DNA of 37,854 nucleotides, taken from contig JBKHJB010000002.1 of NCBI GenBank assembly GCA_046538345.1, positions 1 through 37,854 on the forward strand, given 5' to 3'. Positions 1 through 8,500 of this stretch are shown one piece after another. Numbering within the stretch: position 1 is the first letter of the stretch; each line of letters starts with the position of its first letter. Both the position numbers and the translations under genes were made by a program. Source of the DNA: Phycisphaerae bacterium (GTDB lineage: Bacteria > Planctomycetota > Phycisphaerae > SM23-33). The notes beneath the pieces are model-generated. The model had not been told where the DNA came from and made no database searches. It worked only from the letters and a program-made list of their open reading frames with translations.

Positions 1-1
1 A

Positions 2-2008
2 CTAGTCCACACGGGATTCGATAAATCTCGGCCTCTCGCCGGATACGTCGATGGTCAGCTTCTCGACGCCGTCGCTCAATTGCAGCACGCCTGAGCCGAC
101 ATCCTGTTTGACATAGGGCGACTCAAACACCGGCCAGTTCTCATAGTCGAGTTTCCGGCCGTTGGTCCAGGCGTCGGGCCTGCCGCCGGGACCGCCCGTG
201 TGGCGAATCTTCAACTCGTCGTCGCGGAGCGACCTGAACGTCACCGTTCGCTCGTCGGCAAACCGCGACAGGTCCAGCTCGCATTCGTCAACAACGGCCG
301 ATCGGAAATCGCCAAAAGTTTCGTAATCGCTCTGCTGGCCGAGCTGAACCACCCACCCCGTAAGCTTCCCCGCCGAGACCAGCCAGCGATAGGTCTCGTC
401 GGAGTGGTCGGGAAGCTCGGCGAACTCGGCCCGGTCGTTGAGCGGTCTGGCGGCGAGGTAGGCCTTGTTCACCTGCCAGAAGAACCACCCTCCTTCGCGC
501 ACCGGCTCGCCGGCCGCCGCGGGTACGCCGAAGACACTCCGCTCAACCACGCGGTCCGGGTCCCCCCGGTGGCGAAGCGGCTCATGATCCGTCACGTAGC
601 AGATATTGACGGCCGCGTCGCGCGCCTGGTGGTATTGGTCGAACGGGCTGCGACCCTCCAGCGGGAAGTGCCCGTGGTAGCCGTTGGACGCTCCAAAGAC
701 CAACACGTCGCGCTTATCCAGCAGTGCCGCCTTGAACATGGTCGTTTGCGGCAGGATGGTCCCGCTGGTCCGCACCCCCTGCTCCGGCGAATAGAGCGTG
801 CCCATGGCGTACTGATCGTTGAAATACAGGACCTCCTGGTCCTTATTTGCCTCAGTCCCTTCGTAGCTGGGCTTACAGCCGCGGGCTCCGTATGGCATGG
901 GCACGTTCTTGGCGGCGATATTGCGTATCACCCGATGCGGCCGATAATTCGACAACGCCAGGTTCAGCGCCGGATATCGGTTTACCTCCACGTGCTGTCG
1001 GTCCATCCAGACGCCACGCGCCGAGGCGTCCCACCACAGCCAGCCGACCCAGTCTGTATGAGTTCCGGTCTGGGAATACCTTAGCGGCTCGGTGCCGGGG
1101 AAAGTCGGCTTGGCGCTGGTTGTGCCGACCGGCTCGCGTGCGAACCCGCGGGCTTCCGGGCCTATACTGACCCCGTGAAAATACTTGCGGGCATAAGCGG
1201 CCGCGAGCCAGTGCAACGTCGCCCGGGCGGTGTCCCGCATTTTGTCGTCCTCGCCGAAGTCGTAGATGTTGGCCAAGCTTGCCGCGCTGAAGCCGACGTA
1301 GGTGGAGCTGTCGTACTCGCCCTGCCCCACCGTGTAAAACTGCCGCGCGCGTGCTGTTATCCAGTCGGCGAGCCACTGCTTGTGTTCGTCGAAGCCCTCG
1401 CGGGGAAATCTTTCGTCCAGATACTCCGCCCAGACGTATCCGCTGCACCGGCTCATGAACCGATGGTTCTCCGTACCGCCGGACCGCATAATGCGGAAGA
1501 AGTTACGCGCGTCGTACACGTTGCTCTCGACCACGTCGGGCGGCAGTTTGTCCGCCAACTGGAAGAACAGCCGCGTCCGCTGGAAGGCGGAGAAGTGATA
1601 CAGTCCGCGGTCGCTCTTGAGCTTGTCCACTTCCATCAGATAGCGATAGAGACGTAGTCCGGCTTCGTCGCGGGGGTTCATGTAGAGCCGGGCAAGCACC
1701 ACCGGCATGGCGTACTTGTGGGGGTCTCCGCCGCCGTTGGAGAAGTAATCGGTCCGGTCGAACCAGTCGAGCAGCGCGTCGGGGTCGCGCTCGGCCGTCT
1801 GGCGGATGTAGAATCGCGCCCGGCGACGAAAGGCGGCTTCATAGGGTTCATCCAGGGGGACATCGTCCGCGGAGATACCCGCCTCGGCCGATACGGCCGG
1901 CGCATCGGCGGGCTTGGTCTGCTCCGCCGCGGCGCAGGAAGGCGCCGATGCTACCACAACCATGATGAATGAAATCAGCACGAGCTGTTTTGAGACCGGC
2001 GCGTTCAT
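2..2008 (-). CDS. Secreted protein of unknown function. Helical N-terminal half plus beta-rich C-terminal half, so possibly a polysaccharide lyase/hydrolase-like fold.
   Basis: ORF 2..2116 ends in TAG at 2-4. The first ATG is at 2008, directly preceded by AAGGAG (rc of 2015-2020). It gives an N-terminal signal peptide, MNAPVSKQLVLISFIMVVVASAPSCAAAEQ. No catalytic motif recognised with certainty. The fold guess rests on composition and pattern only (TENH and YDSSTY segments). Confidence 0.6.
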   Translation of the reverse strand: MNAPVSKQLVLISFIMVVVASAPSCAAAEQTKPADAPAVSAEAGISADDVPLDEPYEAAFRRRARFYIRQTAERDPDALLDWFDRTDYFSNGGGDPHKYAMPVVLARLYMNPRDEAGLRLYRYLMEVDKLKSDRGLYHFSAFQRTRLFFQLADKLPPDVVESNVYDARNFFRIMRSGGTENHRFMSRCSGYVWAEYLDERFPREGFDEHKQWLADWITARARQFYTVGQGEYDSSTYVGFSAASLANIYDFGEDDKMRDTARATLHWLAAAYARKYFHGVSIGPEARGFAREPVGTTSAKPTFPGTEPLRYSQTGTHTDWVGWLWWDASARGVWMDRQHVEVNRYPALNLALSNYRPHRVIRNIAAKNVPMPYGARGCKPSYEGTEANKDQEVLYFNDQYAMGTLYSPEQGVRTSGTILPQTTMFKAALLDKRDVLVFGASNGYHGHFPLEGRSPFDQYHQARDAAVNICYVTDHEPLRHRGDPDRVVERSVFGVPAAAGEPVREGGWFFWQVNKAYLAARPLNDRAEFAELPDHSDETYRWLVSAGKLTGWVVQLGQQSDYETFGDFRSAVVDECELDLSRFADERTVTFRSLRDDELKIRHTGGPGGRPDAWTNGRKLDYENWPVFESPYVKQDVGSGVLQLSDGVEKLTIDVSGERPRFIESRVD

Positions 2009-2099
2009 GGTTTTCTCCTTCCGCCTTGGACGGCATGGCGCCAGGGGCGCAGAAACTGGTACATTCACGAGCAGGCGCGAGAAAGACAATGCCGCCGAG

Positions 2100-2897
2100 C
2101 TATTCCTTCTCCTCAAGGCGGTCGACCTTGATTTCGACGTCCTCGCGGTGGCGGATCTGCTGTATTTCGCCGTCCTCCATCCAGACGATGCGGTCGGAGA
2201 CGTCGAGCATCTTATGGTCGTGCGTCGAACAGATGACGGTCACTCCCATCTCGCGGTTCATCTCCTTCATGAGATGAATTATCTGCTCGCCGGTGGTGAC
2301 GTCGAGATTGGCGGTCGGCTCGTCGGCGAGGATGATGGCGGGGGTGTTGGCGAACGCCCTGGCGATGGCGACACGCTGCTGCTGCCCGCCGGAAAGCTCC
2401 TTGGGAGTATGCAGTATGCGTTCGCCGAGTCCGACCCGCTCGAGTATCTCCACGGCCCGGTCCTGAGCGTCGTCACGCGGCACACCGGCGAAGAGCATCG
2501 GCAGCAGCACGTTCTCCACAGCAGTCATGACCTTGATGATGTTGTAGCTCTGAAAGATGTAGCCGATCTTCCGGCACCGCAGCCAGGCCAGTTCGTTGGC
2601 GTCGAGCTGGGCGACGTCTATTTCGTCGATAAAGACATTGCCGTCGGTCGGCTTGGTAAGTCCACCGACACAATTGAACAACGTCGTCTTTCCGGAGCCG
2701 GAAGGTCCCATAATGGAGATATATTCACCGGACCGGATGGACAAGCTCACATCCCGCAGGGCGTGGATGACCGCCTCGCCCATGACGTAGTCCTTGCAGA
2801 CGTTTTTGGTCATGACGGTGCAATCGACCTGCTGGTCGAGATTTGCGAACCAGTCCACATGGCCCGTTTGCTGTTGTTGCGAATTCGCGGTGGTCAT
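2100..2897 (-). CDS. ABC transporter ATP-binding protein, MacB/LolD/FtsE-type (ATPase 2 of the operon)
   Basis: Walker [11 protein letters not shown]-loop IGYIFQSYN, signature [14 protein letters not shown], Walker [13 protein letters not shown]-loop STHDH. Its ATG at 2897 overlaps the stop of the upstream permease as ATGA (2894-2897). Confidence 0.93.
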   Translation of the reverse strand: MTTANSQQQQTGHVDWFANLDQQVDCTVMTKNVCKDYVMGEAVIHALRDVSLSIRSGEYISIMGPSGSGKTTLFNCVGGLTKPTDGNVFIDEIDVAQLDANELAWLRCRKIGYIFQSYNIIKVMTAVENVLLPMLFAGVPRDDAQDRAVEILERVGLGERILHTPKELSGGQQQRVAIARAFANTPAIILADEPTANLDVTTGEQIIHLMKEMNREMGVTVICSTHDHKMLDVSDRIVWMEDGEIQQIRHREDVEIKVDRLEEKE

Positions 2898-3490
2898 TTC
2901 TCACCTCGCATCGCCTCGACGGGCGGCATCTTCGCGGCGACCCACGCGGGGATGGAAGCGCCCAGAGTGGTAAGGATCATCCCGACGAAGAAAACGAACA
3001 GCACCTTCCAGGGAAGTCCGCCAAGCTCAAGCTCCGACCATATCGCGCCGCCGTGCTGCAACAACCCCAGCAGTATGGAGATAATGCCGCCGACCACGGC
3101 TCCGGCGGCGGCGCCGATAAGCCCCACCATCGCCGCTTCCAGCAGAACGCTGTAGAGCACCATGCTGTCCAGCGCCCCGAGGCATTTGATTGTTCCTATC
3201 TCACGATATCTCTGGCTGACCGACATGAGCATGGCGTTGAGCACACCGGCGGCGGCGACGATCAACGCCAGAGTCAGCATCAGATACCAGCTCTGCTGCT
3301 CGGATGTCTCCGTCTGCCGGGGCATGGTCAAAAGATACATCATGAAAGCGGTCGCCACCGTGATGGTCAAACACGTCAGAAACGACCTGAACAGACGCAC
3401 CCGCAAGCTGCTGACGGCCATCGACCAGACCACCTCGAAGCGAAGCTTCAGGTGCCCTATTTCCCAGTGGCGTACCTGCGTTTCACCCAT
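2894..3490 (-). CDS. Minimal FtsX-family ABC permease: 4 TM helices and almost no extracytoplasmic domain
   Basis: FtsX-type core SQRYREIGTIKCLGA followed by two more TM helices, ending PAWVAAKMPPVEAMR. The loop between TM1 and TM2 is only about a dozen residues (MPRQTETSEQQS). The ATG at 3490 lies 1 nt after the upstream TAG (3492-3494). The track start at 3508 is a TTG. Confidence 0.85.
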   Translation of the reverse strand: MGETQVRHWEIGHLKLRFEVVWSMAVSSLRVRLFRSFLTCLTITVATAFMMYLLTMPRQTETSEQQSWYLMLTLALIVAAAGVLNAMLMSVSQRYREIGTIKCLGALDSMVLYSVLLEAAMVGLIGAAAGAVVGGIISILLGLLQHGGAIWSELELGGLPWKVLFVFFVGMILTTLGASIPAWVAAKMPPVEAMRGEK

Positions 3491-3491
3491 A

Positions 3492-5552
3492 CTAATACCC
3501 GGTTCCAATCGAGACCCACAGGAAGTAGATTGCGATCGCCAGCATTCCGGTCAGGCCCATTCCCGCGCTGAATCCTACGGCCAGGATGGGCGCGAAGTTT
3601 GTCCATTTTTCACGGCCGAACTTCCTGGCGAAGTAGAACCGACCCAGCAGAGCGCCGATGAGCAACGGCACCGCGCGGTCGAATCGGCCTGTGAGGGTGG
3701 CGATGGCGCCGTAAACGTATTGCGTGCTGAAGCCAAAAATCGCCGAGAGTATGAAGAACGTGCACACGCCGCCGAAGGTGCCGCCGATAACCCAGGGGCG
3801 TAACGACTGCTCGAACATCAAGCTCCCTTCCTGCATCGAGGACGCCCAGAGTGCTTTCATCTGGGCGTGCTGCGGCCAGAACTTCTGGGCGAACGGGTAG
3901 CTCTCGGACGGAATGGGACCGAGGGAGTTGATATAGCTCCAGAAGATGAACGACGCTATCAGCATCAGCGGGAATACCAGCAGCTCGGCCTTGAAGATGG
4001 ACGTAAACTTCGTCCGCGTGAGCTGGCAAATCCTCAGCTTGTCGGCCATTCCTCCGAAGTTATGCAACGGCAGCGGGGCGAACCATATATCCACGTATTT
4101 GTAGCCGGACGTGAAGATGGCCGTTTCCATCACGAACGGAACACCCGCGTATTGACCGGCGATACCACTCATTCGTGCGTTGATATAGGTGTTTATCGGT
4201 GTCCAGATGAAGGCGAAACCTATCAGCCAATAGACGCTGAAACCCTTCTCGCCCTCGGGAATATTGGAGTTGACAAGGTGGTTGGTGAGGACCACGAAGC
4301 CCACCGACGCAATCATCCACACCAATACCGCCAGCCAGGTGGGTGGGTCGCCGCGGGGCTTGTCTCGACGTATCAACCCCCTCACGCTGGCAGTCTCGGG
4401 CTGGTCTTTCCGTCGTGCCCTGCTCAGCGCGCGGATCACCCCCACCAATCCGAACGCGAAAACGGCAAAAGACACGCCGATGGACACAGACAGGTACAGA
4501 TCCACCGTGTTTGAGACGTGCGTCTGTACGGCGTCCATCTGGCTGTCCCAGTGTGGCAAGTACCCGGCGGGCTGAAGGAAGAACGGATTGACCACCAGGT
4601 GCACCAGCACCGCCGAGCCGACCATTCCCAACACGATCCGCCAGGGCAGCACGCAGCCCACCAGCACAAGCGCCAGGTTCATGCTGATGGCGATAGCCGC
4701 GGCCGGGAAAATATGATTCAGGTCCTGCGTGAGGTCCCAGAACGGGATGGGTATCAGTTGCAGCGGTTCGTCGAGGAATGCTTTAGAGAGAATCGGAATC
4801 GCCATGTAGAAGATTCCGAACAGCGCACCTCCGACGATGCCTACCGCGAAGCAGTACTGGCGGAAGCCCTTCTTTCGCTGTTCCTGGCTGCGTTCGGCCA
4901 GCGCGATCGCGCCCTCTGCGTGGACCGGCGCCAGCGGGAACGGCAGCCGCTCCACATCCGCGGTGAGTTTATACGCCAGGAATCCCAGCGAAAGCTCCGT
5001 AAGCTTAGAGAGCGTCATCGCCGAGACGATCACGGCGACAACGGGCTGCCATGCAGGCCCGAGAAAGCCCTGCTGGTAGGCGACATCACCATACGGAGCG
5101 AACCAGTCCGGCACCTGGTGGGCGATTCCGAAGTTACTGAACGCCTCGGAGTTACGCAGATATCGCTGCCAGACCAGCATGGCGAACACGCCGCCACCCA
5201 GCGCCAGTCCGCCCATGATGTGGGTAAGACTGCTGACGGTGTACTTGAGTATGTACAGCTCCTGCTTGCGGAGCGTTACGAAGCTTCGTCGCGCAATTTC
5301 CACAAACAGGATGATGGTGACCCACTCGGCCGCCGTACCGAGGTCCTGACCGATCATCAGCCCCATAAAGATGACGCCCGGCAGCATGACGAAGGCCACG
5401 AAAAACGCGCCCAATATCGTCCGCCAGGTGAAACCGTCGTCGTAGGGCTCATGCTGCATCGCCTCGATGGAAAACGAGGCGTCGTAGAAACTCTCGCCCT
5501 GCTCGTCCGTCTGCTGTGCCGGCTCGTTGTTCTGATCGGGCTTCTCAGCCAC
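3492..5552 (-). CDS. Polytopic integral membrane protein, OPT-superfamily-like, many TM helices (paralog of the C-terminal part of the 11311..14559 product)
   Basis: 686-aa ORF, hydrophobic throughout. The motif ERLPFPLAPVHAEGAIAL resembles the OPT-family L-P-[FY]-P-x-G-x-A signature. The GTG start at 5552 abuts the TAA stop (5553-5555) of the giant gene and has AGGAGA upstream. An internal Met at codon 32 is an alternative start. Confidence 0.7.
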   Translation of the reverse strand: MAEKPDQNNEPAQQTDEQGESFYDASFSIEAMQHEPYDDGFTWRTILGAFFVAFVMLPGVIFMGLMIGQDLGTAAEWVTIILFVEIARRSFVTLRKQELYILKYTVSSLTHIMGGLALGGGVFAMLVWQRYLRNSEAFSNFGIAHQVPDWFAPYGDVAYQQGFLGPAWQPVVAVIVSAMTLSKLTELSLGFLAYKLTADVERLPFPLAPVHAEGAIALAERSQEQRKKGFRQYCFAVGIVGGALFGIFYMAIPILSKAFLDEPLQLIPIPFWDLTQDLNHIFPAAAIAISMNLALVLVGCVLPWRIVLGMVGSAVLVHLVVNPFFLQPAGYLPHWDSQMDAVQTHVSNTVDLYLSVSIGVSFAVFAFGLVGVIRALSRARRKDQPETASVRGLIRRDKPRGDPPTWLAVLVWMIASVGFVVLTNHLVNSNIPEGEKGFSVYWLIGFAFIWTPINTYINARMSGIAGQYAGVPFVMETAIFTSGYKYVDIWFAPLPLHNFGGMADKLRICQLTRTKFTSIFKAELLVFPLMLIASFIFWSYINSLGPIPSESYPFAQKFWPQHAQMKALWASSMQEGSLMFEQSLRPWVIGGTFGGVCTFFILSAIFGFSTQYVYGAIATLTGRFDRAVPLLIGALLGRFYFARKFGREKWTNFAPILAVGFSAGMGLTGMLAIAIYFLWVSIGTGY

Positions 5553-8500
5553 TTAGCCGCTCTCCTGGATTTCGCTGTGCTGGTCACGGAACAGTTCGGC
5601 GCCCTCGGTTATGTAGTTCATACGCGCGTCGTTGTCGAGGTTACGCCACAGAAGGAACTGGTGCCTGACCAGGTCCATGAAACCGTAATTCGTACGCAAC
5701 CATGCGTCCTCGGTGCCGGAGAAGCGATGGAGATTCAGTTGCACACCGAAGACTCCCTCGTTCTCGGTGGGAACTATCTTCATCTCCATCTTCTGAGCGA
5801 CGTCGAGGTCGTACGGACTGAGCCACATATCCGCTCGGATCCGTAAAGCTTCCTCCTCGCCGCTGAGCATATCCAGCTCTATATTCCGGCAGTTGAAGCC
5901 CGGGCTGGCCGCCTCGGTGTGATTCAAGAGAAACCGCCGGAAGAACGCCATCATACCCACGGCGTTACCGCGGGTCAGTGTGAAAGGCAGGTCGAAATGG
6001 ATGCTGTGATCCGACGGCTCGGGCAGTTCCCACTTACCCATGCCGCTGGGCGCGGCCAGGCGGGCGGCCTTGTTGGCGGGCACGAGAGTCGCCAGCAGCA
6101 CCACCACGCCGGTCAGCATAGCCAGTCCCAGCGCCGAGAGAGAGGTGAAGTTCAAGCTCAGGCCCGCCAGGAACTCCGGGTTCACGTTCTGCACCCAGCC
6201 GACAATGTTGGCGAACAACAGGCCGGAAAAGGTGCCGAAAACGATACCCAATACGCTGAAGACCGACGATTCGCTCAGCAGCAGGAAAGATATCTGACCC
6301 GGTGAAAGGCCGATCGCGCCGAGCATGCCGACCTCACCCTTTCGCTCCTCGACGTTGGCGAGCATCGTGTTCAGCACAATGAGTATGCAAAGGAGAACCG
6401 GGACGACGATCTTCGCCAGACCGCCGATGCTCGAAACGTTCTTCGCGGTCACCAGCGCCGGCTCACCGTCCCTGGTGCCGAAGACGGTTCTGTTGGTCCG
6501 CAGCGCGAAGTCCTTGTAGAACTGCGCCTGGTCCTGGTTTCCACCGAAACGCACGGCCACCGAGCGATTCTTGGCTTGCACCTCGTCGGAGGCGGCGTGC
6601 GGGACGATCGCCAGATCTTTCCAGCTCATGTGGTACAGGGGCTTTTCGTTGATTATATCCCCACTGCCGGCGCTGGCGGTTATGGCACTGCGCCGATAGT
6701 CCACCATCGCAAGCGACTTGCCGTTGACGTCGCGAATGCGGTCCGCGTGGTCGGTGTCCAGTATGCCGACGACGCGCCATTCGCGGTTTCGCATCAACAC
6801 CTTGGGCAACTCATCCTCATCGAGGCGGTTGCCGTCCTCGTCGTAGATCATATCGGGCGTTATGCCGACCGCCTCTGCGCAATTGTCCGGCAGTATGACC
6901 GCGAATCGCTCGGCCGGAATCCCGCGCGACCTGTCCTCCGCACGGAACCATTCGTTGTTGCTAACCGCCTCGTTCAGACCGCTGAAATCCGGCTCGTTCG
7001 GCATAAACGTCATTACGCCCGTGATGATGTCCATCCGGTCGCCGTGGCGGACCTTGATCTGATTGACCCCCTCACGGTCCATATTGTTTCCACCCTCGAC
7101 CTCGAGATAGTAGCCACGGGTGGTCATCTCGTGCTCCGGTCCGAACTCGCTGTAAACCGCCGAGACAAAGGTGTCTTTCAGTTCCGTCCAGGAGAAGTTG
7201 CGGAACATTATCCCTTCGTACTTCGGAGCCAGCGGGTCCACCCTCCGCCCGGCTACGTCCTGCTCAAGCGGTACGGGGCGAATGTGCATCTCGTCTTCGC
7301 CGCGGACCGATACAAAGGTAATTATCGAGAACGTCAGCACGGTTACGGTAAAGACGGTCAGGAACGTCCTCGCCGGTCGTTTCTTGAGGTTCGAGACACC
7401 CAGCGAAAGGGCCGTTCCCAGCGACCCCATCAGACTTATCTCGTCGCCTTCGACCTCACCGGCGGCCGCCCTGGCGCGACGCACCAGCACCTCGAACCGC
7501 TGGTAACTCAAGACCAGCACGATCAGCGCCATCAATATCATCGTGAAGGCGATCATCACCACGAACGGCGAGACGGCAATGTCGAACGCCGGGTGGAAGA
7601 ACTTCATGAACACCACGCCCAGCACAAAGATTATCGCCGTTCCCACCAGCCGGGCGACGATGCTGCTACCGCCAATGACCAGACGCTCCAGAAACGCGCT
7701 GGCCGGGACGAGCAGACCCATGAGTATTACCGCACTGAAGACGGCCTCGCGACCCAGCTTCAGGATACGCGGCAGGTTCTTGACCAGGATACCCCAGCCC
7801 TCTCGGGCAAGCCCGACGGACGACTGCCAGTCATGCTCTTCGGCGGCCTGGCGAGACCTGTCTATTTTCGCCCGGCTACGTTCCAGCGCGTCATAGACCG
7901 AGGAGTCATGAATCCCAAACTGCTCATAGAGGTCGTAGCGGTACCGCGCGATGCGGTACATATCCTCGGCAACCCGCAGAGGCGTCAGCGGGAGCACCAG
8001 GTTGCGGTCATTCCCGTCGGGACCTACGGCGTAGCCCTCGCCCTTGAGGTCCATGACTTCCTTCGTCTCCTGGTCCTTGGCTTTCTCGGGCAAATCGCCG
8101 ACGAGCAACATCTTGTACTGCATGCTCTTCTGCGCCAGCACTCTGGCTCTGCGACGCTCGGGCTTGTACTGCTCGGGATCGAATCCGGGAATATCCTCCA
8201 GACCCGGCAGTCCCTCCCCCAACTGGCGTTGCTCGTACGACATATACAGAACCGTAGAATCGACATCCTGCTCTGAATACTGCAACTGCGGATTGTCCAG
8301 GGCATAGTGCCGGGGTGAACCATTGCGGACGGCGTCAACCACCCTCAGATCCTGGCGGTCCCCAGCAGTTCCTCCGATGGGCTGATAGTCCATCGGGTCC
8401 GGACCGGGAGCGAACACCCACGGGTACACATCGGCGAGGATCAGGTTCTTTTCCTCGTCTTCACCGTCGCGGAGTTTGAATGTCATCGACTGCTGCTGGG

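Noticed and set aside
6576-8276. Long plus-strand ORFs antisense to the operon genes (e.g. 6576-8276 at 566 aa, 12328-14049 at 573 aa, 4518-5846 at 442 aa, 1914-3155 at 413 aa)
   Set aside because: These are typical high-GC antisense shadow ORFs. They are rich in R/G/H/Q/P, with no recognisable motifs, and they fully overlap minus-strand genes that carry clear ABC, FtsX, LysM or TM signatures.
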